A stretch of DNA of 24,024 nucleotides from the IMG/VR virus record IMGVR_UViG_3300020365_000125, positions 1 through 24,024 of that record; one strand, 5' to 3'. Under the pieces are notes generated by a model. That model ran no database searches, was not told where the DNA came from, and was given only the letters and a program-made list of their open reading frames with translations. This stretch comes from a virus (lineage: Duplodnaviria; Caudoviricetes). A program made the translations under genes and the position numbers. How positions within the stretch are numbered: position 1 is the first letter of the stretch; each line of letters begins with the position of its first letter. Shown one piece after another: positions 1 to 6,294 of the stretch.

Positions 1-298
1 ATTTGTTAGTGCGTGGTTCGAGACGCCATGGCATACTATTCACTGGAAATAGATCTGTGTCTTTACATCGAGTATGCTTAACACCACGATCTTTTGTTTT
101 AGAACCACTTACCTTTCGTTTTGAGGAAGTCTTTGGTTGAGTGGCGAGTGATTTCAGGTTCTTGTCCAGACTTTGTTGCGTCTTGGATGATGATACTGTC
201 GCCTTTGACTTTCCACTCGATTTCTGTACCCGCTTGCCAGTGGAGTTCTTGGAGGATGTAGTGCGGGATCGTGATGTAGAGGTCTTTCGTGTCGTCAT
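1..298 (-). CDS. Highly basic Ser/Thr/Lys/Arg-rich hypothetical protein, 3'-partial (runs off window start); not in ORF track
   Basis: Manual translation from ATG at 298: MTTRKTSTSRSRTTSSKNSTGKRVQKSSGKSKATVSSSKTQQSLDKNLKSLATQPKTSSKRKVSGSKTKDRGVKHTRCKDTDLFPVNSMPWRLEPRTNK..., with no stop before position 1. The only other ATG lies near the window edge. The FP..MPWRLE segment resembles small conserved cyanophage proteins (recall). Confidence 0.6.
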   Translation of the reverse strand, partial: MTTRKTSTSRSRTTSSKNSTGKRVQKSSGKSKATVSSSKTQQSLDKNLKSLATQPKTSSKRKVSGSKTKDRGVKHTRCKDTDLFPVNSMPWRLEPRTNK

Positions 299-323
299 AC
301 TGTTCAATCTTGAATGTATCCAT
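99..323 (-). CDS. AbrB/MazE/SpoVT-like swapped-hairpin DNA-binding protein
   Basis: DLYITIPHYILQELHWQAGTEIEWKVKGDSIII fits the AbrB-type pattern (I.IP..I...L....G..I.W.......I.I). The start overlaps the end of the upstream gene by 20 nt. Confidence 0.65.
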   Translation of the reverse strand: MDTFKIEQYDDTKDLYITIPHYILQELHWQAGTEIEWKVKGDSIIIQDATKSGQEPEITRHSTKDFLKTKGKWF

Positions 324-999
324 TTTCAGTCAACCATTGACGAGTGAGTGGTGTCGGTTCATATTCTGTCCACATAGACCCACGAGCACACGCTTGAAGT
401 GCTTTCATGGTCATGTTCTCTGTTCGCCCTGCCCATTGTGCTTCCGCTTCCCATGGTACAGCAGACGCGGGGTAGGTGCGCTCTGCCATCACACGCCAGA
501 TCATAGGGACATCCTCCTCTGGTTTGATGATAGCAATCATGCTGTTCTCAATGGTGCCTGCCATACAGTCCTGAGCAGCGTGCCATCCCTCATGTCGCAT
601 CAATTGCATCAGTACATGTGGTTCATCCATGTATCTCTTGTTGAGATATACATTGTTACTCACAGTATGATACACACCACGATGCATGATGGGGAAGTAT
701 CGTTGATCAGCAAGGAATACTTTGATTCCCACCTGATTCATTGCCATCAGCATTTGATTGAATTCATCTGCCACATATGTGAACTCTTCAGTATTATCAT
801 ACTGAGATGAGATATCCAACAGTGAATGCACTTCATGCACATCGTTCTTACACTCTCTCACAAGCATACAACCCATTGCATCCATGCTATTGTATCCTTG
901 GGTGATTTTATCTTCACCTGCTTGGACACTCATACCATGTGCAGCGCCGAGTAATAGTCCTGCTGCGATTGTGTTAAACAGACTGATCCGATGTGCCAT
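304..999 (-). CDS. Putative exported zincin-like (HExxH) metallopeptidase-family protein
   Basis: 231-aa ORF with a signal-peptide-like N-terminus (MAHRISLFNTIAAGLLLGAAHGMSVQA). It has HEGWH within LMRHEGWHAAQDC, and downstream WEAEA is a candidate third-ligand Glu. Confidence 0.7.
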   Translation of the reverse strand: MAHRISLFNTIAAGLLLGAAHGMSVQAGEDKITQGYNSMDAMGCMLVRECKNDVHEVHSLLDISSQYDNTEEFTYVADEFNQMLMAMNQVGIKVFLADQRYFPIMHRGVYHTVSNNVYLNKRYMDEPHVLMQLMRHEGWHAAQDCMAGTIENSMIAIIKPEEDVPMIWRVMAERTYPASAVPWEAEAQWAGRTENMTMKALQACARGSMWTEYEPTPLTRQWLTENGYIQD

Positions 1000-1141
1000 A
1001 ATGATGTGTGTAATTCAAGAATGCATTGATGTTTGGTTTAACTCCGAGTGATAGACAGCACTCATACCATGAGTCAAAGTCTGTCTGGAGTGTCTTGCTC
1101 AGAGCAATTTGGACATAGTTTTTTGATGGTGTTGATGTCAT
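974..1141 (-). CDS. Small hypothetical protein (55 aa), not in ORF track
   Basis: Manual translation MTSTPSKNYVQIALSKTLQTDFDSWYECCLSLGVKPNINAFLNYTHHYGTSDQSV*; fills the gap in a co-oriented gene array. Confidence 0.6.
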   Translation of the reverse strand: MTSTPSKNYVQIALSKTLQTDFDSWYECCLSLGVKPNINAFLNYTHHYGTSDQSV

Positions 1142-1241
1142 GTAGGATCTTCTCTGCTAGTGCGTTGTCACCATCGGCATACGCTTTCATGTAATTAAGT
1201 ACAAGAGAGCGTAGTTGCTCCTTAAGTTGTGAGTTCGTCAT
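1074..1241 (-). CDS. Small hypothetical protein (55 aa), not in ORF track
   Basis: Manual translation MTNSQLKEQLRSLVLNYMKAYADGDNALAEKILHDINTIKKLCPNCSEQDTPDRL*; amphipathic helical pattern and a CPNC motif. Confidence 0.55.
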   Translation of the reverse strand: MTNSQLKEQLRSLVLNYMKAYADGDNALAEKILHDINTIKKLCPNCSEQDTPDRL

Positions 1242-1446
1242 ACAGTGCTACGAGTTCGTCACTATTGTAAAAGTGAGTTTGCTCGTTTATATAGTTGTTG
1301 GGATCCAACCACTCAAACCACTCATCAGCAAAACAGATTGCATCATCAGTGCGATTCTCAGCGATCAGATCACGAAAGCGTTCTACTACCCACTCACAGA
1401 TAGCATCACGGTTCTCAGAGATTTGCAGAGCGAATTCGTTGTTCAT
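1222..1446 (-). CDS. Acidic hypothetical phage protein
   Basis: 74-aa ORF; ATGA overlap with the stop of the upstream gene at 1443-1446. Confidence 0.75.
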   Translation of the reverse strand: MNNEFALQISENRDAICEWVVERFRDLIAENRTDDAICFADEWFEWLDPNNYINEQTHFYNSDELVALYDELTT

Positions 1447-1736
1447 TGCTTGTTAAGAGTCAGGGTGTTGTTCAGGTGGTCGTAAGAAACGAACTCTGTC
1501 CCTCGGGGCAGAGACTCAATGATAGCACGAGTGAACTCAAGAGTAAAGCGTGACTGGTATTTCCAGAACAAGCGATACAATTTGTTATGTGGTTCGACTA
1601 CGGTGCTCACTTGCACAGTATACTCACCACGAGTGTATCGTGTGGGGAATGGCATCAGCAGTTCTTTGACATGACTGACGACAATAGATGAGCAGCGTTG
1701 CTGCTTGTTAACTTGATTACCTAAACGAAGACTCAT
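1443..1736 (-). CDS. Hypothetical phage protein
   Basis: 97-aa ORF; ATGA overlaps at both ends (1733-1736 and 1443-1446). Confidence 0.75.
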   Translation of the reverse strand: MSLRLGNQVNKQQRCSSIVVSHVKELLMPFPTRYTRGEYTVQVSTVVEPHNKLYRLFWKYQSRFTLEFTRAIIESLPRGTEFVSYDHLNNTLTLNKQ

Positions 1737-1975
1737 TTGACAAATACCTCTTTGTTGAATTCTTTAGTAAGATCAACGGTTTCCTGTAGCAGATTACACA
1801 TGTGAATCACATATTCTGCTTCATCATCATCCATGCCACGCTCAAAGTCGAAGTCATAGGATGCATCCCAATCGGGTGTGCCATCCACCTTTACAGGTGC
1901 TCCGTACATATATCCATCTTCTTCCATCGCATAAGCGTTGCCATCAGCAACAATGTAGAAATCTGGGGCGTCCAT
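1733..1975 (-). CDS. Acidic hypothetical phage protein (start revised to ATG 1975, MDAPDFY...)
   Basis: The track start at 2032 is the TTG of a -35 box. The first ATG downstream of that promoter is at 1975. Confidence 0.75.
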   Translation of the reverse strand: MDAPDFYIVADGNAYAMEEDGYMYGAPVKVDGTPDWDASYDFDFERGMDDDEAEYVIHMCNLLQETVDLTKEFNKEVFVK

Positions 1976-2003
1976 GTTGGTAAGTGTGAGTTGGTATGAT
2001 AGT

Positions 2004-2032
2004 ATTTTATATAAGAAATGAGCGTTTGTCAA
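2004..2032 (-). promoter_or_regulatory. Sigma70-like early promoter
   Basis: TTGACA (2032-2027), 17-nt spacer, TAAAAT (2009-2004), upstream of ATG 1975. Confidence 0.8.
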
Positions 2033-2448
2033 CTCATGTAGAGATAACCTCCCGCCCAGTCAGCAACTTCAAGACAACGCTCGCGGGATTCTTCATCTAA
2101 AAGATTGTAGCGAACATATTTGGCAGGTCCTTTCCAACCTGCTGGTTTGTAGACATCACCAGTGTTACGATCGATGAATGCATGTACAGACTGAGAACCA
2201 CTAGAGTCCTTCATGATAAGTTTGTAATACTTACGACCTTTGTCAAGGTAGAAGTCATAATCAGCATTGCCTGCCTGGAGTTCATCAATCTGAGACTGGT
2301 GATAGTCAATGCTATACTGCTCAGTGGCATTAGCAAGAGAACGCTTCTGACTACGGATGCTATGCTCAATGAAGTCGGTAAGCAATGCCATGCACAGTTC
2401 GTGACTGTGTTGGGTAACTTGGGATTGTTGAGCAGTTGCGGTGGTCAT
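2029..2448 (-). CDS. Conserved phage hypothetical protein (GRKY...SVHAFID..TGDVYKPA.WK.PAK family); start revised to 2448
   Basis: Motif recalled from cyanophage early proteins. ATG 2448 (MTTATAQQ) follows the promoter at 2476-2533. Confidence 0.8.
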   Translation of the reverse strand: MTTATAQQSQVTQHSHELCMALLTDFIEHSIRSQKRSLANATEQYSIDYHQSQIDELQAGNADYDFYLDKGRKYYKLIMKDSSGSQSVHAFIDRNTGDVYKPAGWKGPAKYVRYNLLDEESRERCLEVADWAGGYLYMS

Positions 2449-2475
2449 GATGCGTTCTGTGTTGTGTATACAGTT

Positions 2476-2533
2476 ATTATAACCGTCAGTTGAGCAGTGC
2501 CAACACCTCAGGTGACAGTTCTTCAACTGACCA
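2476..2533 (-). promoter_or_regulatory. Early promoter with upstream 22-bp palindromic element (copy A)
   Basis: TGGTCAGTT-GAAG-AACTGTCAC (2533-2512), 30-nt gap containing TTGGCA, then TATAAT (2481-2476). Confidence 0.75.
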
Positions 2534-2635
2534 CTGGTCGCTCAGGTCAGGAATGTCATCATTCCAATCTACCTCAGCAGAATCAATCAGGTCAAGCAGT
2601 TTACGATCGAGCAGGACTTCAGCAACGGTAGTCAT
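2486..2635 (-). CDS. Small acidic hypothetical protein (49 aa), not in ORF track
   Basis: MTTVAEVLLDRKLLDLIDSAEVDWNDDIPDLSDQWSVEELSPEVLALLN*; ATGA overlap at 2632-2635. Its 3' half encodes the downstream promoter element. Confidence 0.6.
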   Translation of the reverse strand: MTTVAEVLLDRKLLDLIDSAEVDWNDDIPDLSDQWSVEELSPEVLALLN

Positions 2636-2841
2636 AGTAATTTGGAGAGACTAATGAACAGTAGAAAAGTGAGCATGATTACCACATCATACGATTTAGT
2701 GCGTATGAAATATGGTAAGGAGATAAGATCTCCGATAAAGTGGAGCGCGACTCCACCGATTACGCTAACATGTAACACAACAAAGTATGCTACAACTACA
2801 CACGCACTACCTGTAATGCGTAACTTAACATCATAATGCAT
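2632..2841 (-). CDS. Small membrane protein (2-3 hydrophobic segments)
   Basis: 69 aa and mostly hydrophobic (ACVVVAYFVVLHVSVIGGVALHFIG; VVIMLTFLLFISL). Confidence 0.7.
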   Translation of the reverse strand: MHYDVKLRITGSACVVVAYFVVLHVSVIGGVALHFIGDLISLPYFIRTKSYDVVIMLTFLLFISLSKLL

Positions 2842-2849
2842 TAGACTGG

Positions 2850-3011
2850 TCAGAAGACATTGGTGTAACGCTCATGCTGTACCTTGGTGATGCGACCTTC
2901 TGCCAGCATGTTGTCACACACATGGCAGAACACTTGGAACTTCTCAACCTTGGTCAGGGCAGTACCCTCACAGCACTCGCGGATGGTCTTGACGATGGTT
3001 GCCTTGAGCAT
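2850..3011 (-). CDS. Small hypothetical protein (53 aa), not in ORF track
   Basis: MLKATIVKTIRECCEGTALTKVEKFQVFCHVCDNMLAEGRITKVQHERYTNVF*; lies directly downstream of promoter copy B. Confidence 0.75.
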   Translation of the reverse strand: MLKATIVKTIRECCEGTALTKVEKFQVFCHVCDNMLAEGRITKVQHERYTNVF

Positions 3012-3034
3012 TGGTCCGTTGCGTTGATGTCTAT

Positions 3035-3092
3035 AGTATAAGGCAGATCAGGCGTTGCGGATCTCGCCTTTGACCACTACATCAGCTGGCAC
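3035..3092 (-). promoter_or_regulatory. Early promoter with upstream palindromic element (copy B) and internal stem-loop
   Basis: GTGCCAGCT-GATG-TAGTGGTCA (3092-3071), 30-nt gap forming an AGGC(G)AGATC...GATCTGCCT hairpin, then TATACT (3040-3035). Confidence 0.7.
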
Positions 3093-3284
3093 ACGAGAGA
3101 CAGTGTAGCGACGGATCTGCTGGGAGAATGGACGCCATGCATCAACAGTCTCATTAACGATGCGGTTGTGCTGACGATCCATGCCCTTAGCAGTGGTACA
3201 CTTGCGACACTTGCGGAAGTAGATGATGGGTTGCTGGGGAGCATCCACAGTGTCGATCTCGATCTTGTAGTGAGAGTAGGTCAT
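3048..3284 (-). CDS. Basic hypothetical phage protein (start revised to ATG 3284, MTYSHY...)
   Basis: ATG 3284 follows promoter copy C and a CAGGT SD-like sequence; the protein contains CRKC. Confidence 0.7.
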   Translation of the reverse strand: MTYSHYKIEIDTVDAPQQPIIYFRKCRKCTTAKGMDRQHNRIVNETVDAWRPFSQQIRRYTVSRVPADVVVKGEIRNA

Positions 3285-3308
3285 GACCTGTGTTTCGCTG
3301 ACTCCGTT

Positions 3309-3365
3309 AGTATAGGTCAGGTGGCGTCGTTGAGGGCATTGGATAGACACTCCTGTAAGTGTCCC
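3309..3365 (-). promoter_or_regulatory. Early promoter with upstream palindromic element (copy C)
   Basis: GGGACACTT-ACAG-GAGTGTCTA (3365-3344), 29-nt gap, then TATACT (3314-3309). Confidence 0.65.
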
Positions 3366-3505
3366 TCAAGTGCAACATCATTCACATTGTGACGAATTGC
3401 AAACGATTGACTGTCATGACGGTTCATAGACCACATACTGTCAATCAGGAACCTGATCTGATCTGTTGTCAGTTCAATCTGTAATGTGATAGGTTTGGGT
3501 CTCAC
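3317..3505 (-). CDS. Hypothetical protein (start GTG 3505 or ATG 3574)
   Basis: GTGA overlap with the upstream stop at 3502-3505 favours 3505; the ORF track gives 3574. Confidence 0.6.
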   Translation of the reverse strand: MRPKPITLQIELTTDQIRFLIDSMWSMNRHDSQSFAIRHNVNDVALEGHLQECLSNALNDAT

Positions 3506-3786
3506 AGGAAGTTCAATACCGAAGGTGTTAGCGGACGCAATATCGGCATCGCTGTATAAGGGGTCGTTTGACATAGTTCTATGGGGTCGTTACCCATGCG
3601 CTTTGAATTAATGGGAGGGTAGAATTGCTTACTTTTTTTGTGGTAGAATCCCCAGATTGTAGAAACAGGTTCACTGTTATAAACGTATTCGCGATGATGG
3701 CGCAACCATATAGCAATAACACCGCGTTTGTGTTCCTTAAATTCATAAGAGTATCCATCTGGTGGTTTATGAGTGAATTCTATCAT
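3502..3786 (-). CDS. Conserved cyanophage-type hypothetical protein (PPDGYSY...IWGFY...TPYTAM)
   Basis: ATGA overlap at 3783-3786 gives the start MIEFTH; motif recalled from cyanomyovirus early proteins. Confidence 0.75.
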   Translation of the reverse strand: MIEFTHKPPDGYSYEFKEHKRGVIAIWLRHHREYVYNSEPVSTIWGFYHKKSKQFYPPINSKRMGNDPIELCQTTPYTAMPILRPLTPSVLNFL

Positions 3787-4034
3787 GTCACACAAGCAAA
3801 TGGGGATCCGTGTACAGGTTGTGTGTGGAAATCAGTGACACTGTATCCATAACCATGAATACGAGAGTTTGCTTCCTCACGCAATGCCTTACGAGTGATT
3901 ATAGACCGAGAGACGGTCTCGATGCCATAATATTTGACATGCTTAACAATAAAGTTAGGAGACACATGTCCATCTGCTGTCATGCATGGATAGAAATCCA
4001 CTACCATGTGACCTTCAGGTGACTTGAGTTGCAT
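3783..4034 (-). CDS. Hypothetical phage protein
   Basis: 83-aa ORF directly downstream of promoter copy D. Confidence 0.75.
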   Translation of the reverse strand: MQLKSPEGHMVVDFYPCMTADGHVSPNFIVKHVKYYGIETVSRSIITRKALREEANSRIHGYGYSVTDFHTQPVHGSPFACVT

Positions 4035-4057
4035 GGGGTTGTTCGCTTGACTCTTCT

Positions 4058-4114
4058 AATATACATGAAAAAGGGGCGGTTGCCCACCCCTCGTGCCACT
4101 AAATCAACTGTCAC
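4058..4114 (-). promoter_or_regulatory. Early promoter with upstream palindromic element (copy D)
   Basis: GTGACAGTT-GATT-TAGTGGCAC (4114-4093), 29-nt gap, then TG-TATATT (extended -10; hexamer 4063-4058). Confidence 0.75.
4068..4091 (-). terminator. Rho-independent terminator embedded in promoter D
   Basis: AGGGGTGG-GCAA-CCGCCCCT followed by TTTT: a GC stem, GNRA loop and U tract, 12 nt after the stop at 4104. Confidence 0.7.
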
Positions 4115-4277
4115 TCATGCATGGGATGACATCGATAGGACCTGTTACCTTTGGATCACTCTCTAAATGTTTAATAAAATGACAAATATCATCTAGATTG
4201 TACATCACAACACGCTGCTGTGCTGAGTAACCTTTATTCTTCAGTTTTTTCCAAGTGATAGCGTACTTCTCGATCAA
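4104..4277 (-). CDS. Small hypothetical protein (57 aa, TTG start), not in ORF track
   Basis: MIEKYAITWKKLKNKGYSAQQRVVMYNLDDICHFIKHLESDPKVTGPIDVIPCMSDS*; TTGA overlap with the upstream stop and a GAGGT SD. Confidence 0.7.
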   Translation of the reverse strand: MIEKYAITWKKLKNKGYSAQQRVVMYNLDDICHFIKHLESDPKVTGPIDVIPCMSDS

Positions 4278-4609
4278 AGTGATGAACCTCGTTGAAACTT
4301 GGCGATGTCTGCCAGTGTGATTCTAGCAGCATAGTTATATGCTTTGCTACCATCTTCGCGCACTGTAACATCCTGCTGTGCTGCCAAGTGACCATATGCA
4401 TCATCAAATGCATCAACAGGACGGTGACCCTGCATCAAATCATATAGTTCTGATGCTTTATCAAGTTCCTTGCGATGATAATCGATGTTATCTTGAATTG
4501 ACATTAACATTTGCTCATAGCAAGCGCGAGCATCTAAACTATCATCATTGAGATAGTCATCAATACACTCTTGCATACGCTTATTCCTCTGTTGTGAGTA
4601 AGACTCCAT
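4274..4609 (-). CDS. Hypothetical phage protein (helical)
   Basis: 111-aa ORF; TAATG junction with the upstream gene and a GGAG SD. Confidence 0.75.
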   Translation of the reverse strand: MESYSQQRNKRMQECIDDYLNDDSLDARACYEQMLMSIQDNIDYHRKELDKASELYDLMQGHRPVDAFDDAYGHLAAQQDVTVREDGSKAYNYAARITLADIAKFQRGSSL

Positions 4610-4788
4610 TAATAAAACTCCTGGTTACGGCGTTGATCCAAGTATGCGAGGATTTCTCCGCGCCATTCGAGTAACTCATGATAACATAGTTGCTCATGTG
4701 CGTCCTCTCTCAGTTCATGGTCTGGTTTGAGAACACTCTCATAGAATAGATTGAATGCATCTCTGCGCTTTTGTGCTTTTGACTCCAT
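4609..4788 (-). CDS. Small hypothetical protein (59 aa), not in ORF track
   Basis: MESKAQKRRDAFNLFYESVLKPDHELREDAHEQLCYHELLEWRGEILAYLDQRRNQEFY*; TAGGT SD; fills the gap exactly. Confidence 0.75.
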   Translation of the reverse strand: MESKAQKRRDAFNLFYESVLKPDHELREDAHEQLCYHELLEWRGEILAYLDQRRNQEFY

Positions 4789-4809
4789 GAATTTTACCTA
4801 ATGTACACT

Positions 4810-5532
4810 CTATGTAAACGACAGAACACTGCTTTTAAGTCTATCATTTGATATCTTAATGTATTCATCATCGATTTCGTACCCAATCCAATCCCTATTC
4901 AGTGATTGTGCCACCAGTGCAGTGGTCCCTGATCCCAGAAAGGGGTCTAGGACCGTCTGTGATGCCTGTGTAGTGAGTTGGATACAGTTGCGTACCAACT
5001 GCTCAGGGAAGGGGGCAGGATGCTGCTTCTGACGATCGGGTGGAATCACCCATACTTCACCACGATACTGTGGATCAACTGCGTCACGAAACACTTTAGG
5101 TTTTTTCTTACAGAACCAGTAGATATGTTCTGTACATGGCACTAAGATATCATTGCGGATGTTTGGGGAGTTGCGTCTGTCCCAAATAATAAGTTGATAC
5201 AACTGTGCCGCACTGTGTGCAATGAAATCAGTGGGTAGATAGCATCTGTTTTTGTGTCTGCGTGGTTTATGGTTGAAAAATATACTACCATCATCTTTGA
5301 TGACGCGGTGACACTCATCCAATACTGCTACCATCCATGCCTGATACTCTTCCTCTGGCATATCATCACCATAGGAAGAGTAATCGATGTTGAACTTACC
5401 CCATATTTGATTACCACGCTTGACATTGCCAAGCAGACCTTTCTTATTGTATGGTGGTGATGTAATAATACAATCAATGGAGTTGTCATCCAACTCCTTC
5501 ATACCCTCAAGACAGTCTTTATTGATAATCAT
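4810..5532 (-). CDS. DNA amino-methyltransferase (N4-C/N6-A), beta class (N6_N4_Mtase family)
   Basis: Catalytic motif IV IITSPPY near the N-terminus, HPAPFP, SAM-binding motif I VLDPFLGSGTT near the C-terminus, and GYEID. Confidence 0.92.
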   Translation of the reverse strand: MIINKDCLEGMKELDDNSIDCIITSPPYNKKGLLGNVKRGNQIWGKFNIDYSSYGDDMPEEEYQAWMVAVLDECHRVIKDDGSIFFNHKPRRHKNRCYLPTDFIAHSAAQLYQLIIWDRRNSPNIRNDILVPCTEHIYWFCKKKPKVFRDAVDPQYRGEVWVIPPDRQKQHPAPFPEQLVRNCIQLTTQASQTVLDPFLGSGTTALVAQSLNRDWIGYEIDDEYIKISNDRLKSSVLSFT

Positions 5533-6194
5533 ACAAATAGATGGAGGTGAATGTGCCAGAGCACATTATAGCGGTTGCTCTTTGATTTCTTACCTTCACG
5601 CTGGAAGTGAAAGTATGATTTGCCTTGCTTATTCTTCAAGTGTATGCCACCAGAGAGGAATTTCCACTCAGCATCCTCGATTTTATCAATGATCTGCTGA
5701 TATGTCAATTCATATTCCTTATGCTCTAGGTGATTGTATACAACATGGGTGATGCCATCACCATTGCTGATGATAAGATCAACAACCTTACGCTTGTTAT
5801 TGTCAAGGAATTGTTTGAATGCTTCAATTTGGTCATCATCAATCTGTTTAATTGTACGGCGATCCTTGCCGTTGTAGTTATAGTCTGCATTACCACAGAA
5901 GTTACGGATAAATGCAGCAGCGAGACCATCGATACCGAGGGTCTCCATGAAATGTTTCTGTGTAGTAAGATGCACCTGAGTGGATGTACCACTAGCATTC
6001 TTAATACTCTTATTGTTTACACCATCAGTGCCATCAACTTTAGTACGAGAACCACCAATCTGTTTCAATCCATGTGCATCACAAATTGCTTTCTCCTTAG
6101 GACCAGAGTATTCTGCTCTAATCAGAGCACCCTTCTCTTCCTTGGTGAGCATGTCGTATGATGTTTTTGGTGGTGGAACTGTAAAATCTGGCAC
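5529..6194 (-). CDS. Putative PD-(D/E)xK Type II restriction-like endonuclease, MspI/HinP1I-like
   Basis: GGSRTKVD...SIKNAS...QVH resembles the recalled GGxxKTD...ISxK..S...VH core of MspI-type enzymes. NFCG, FLDNNKRKVVDLII, FHFQREG and NVLWHI parallel the HinP1I-type YFTG, WLEKNRVLVLTDIL, TIQRKGG and NMLQFKI. ATGA-coupled to the methyltransferase. Start GTG 6194 (or a later ATG). Confidence 0.65.
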   Translation of the reverse strand: MPDFTVPPPKTSYDMLTKEEKGALIRAEYSGPKEKAICDAHGLKQIGGSRTKVDGTDGVNNKSIKNASGTSTQVHLTTQKHFMETLGIDGLAAAFIRNFCGNADYNYNGKDRRTIKQIDDDQIEAFKQFLDNNKRKVVDLIISNGDGITHVVYNHLEHKEYELTYQQIIDKIEDAEWKFLSGGIHLKNKQGKSYFHFQREGKKSKSNRYNVLWHIHLHLFV

Positions 6195-6214
6195 GATAGT
6201 AAATTGGGTGTGTG

Positions 6215-6288
6215 GGGGGCGGTATCAGTTTGTCGATACACTTATCTATGTCTTGCCCCCTCTTGTTTGTGTCGGGTCTCCCCTCCAC
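6215..6288 (-). other. Structured 5' leader RNA upstream of the endonuclease
   Basis: Hairpin GUG-GA-GGG-GAGA-CCC-GA-CAC (6288-6269), then a GGGGGC/GCCCCC stem (6260-6255 with 6220-6215) enclosing a GUAUC/GAUAC hairpin. Confidence 0.55.
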
Positions 6289-6294
6289 TCATTT

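Noticed and set aside
4234-4416. 60-aa minus-strand ORF in the track
   Set aside because: It is out of frame with and overlaps 4274..4609 and 4104..4277, which together tile the region with coupled start/stop junctions.
6215-6288. Assignment of the leader to a known riboswitch (e.g. c-di-GMP-I or glutamine)
   Set aside because: It has a GNRA loop and G.A pairs, but I could not match the conserved cores of those classes; left unassigned pending an Rfam search.
6242-6292. 16-codon uORF (MSGGETRHKQEGARHR) in the endonuclease leader
   Set aside because: Its ATG lies only 2 nt after the -10 hexamer, upstream of the expected +1, so the local transcript would not include it. It could only be read from upstream read-through RNA.
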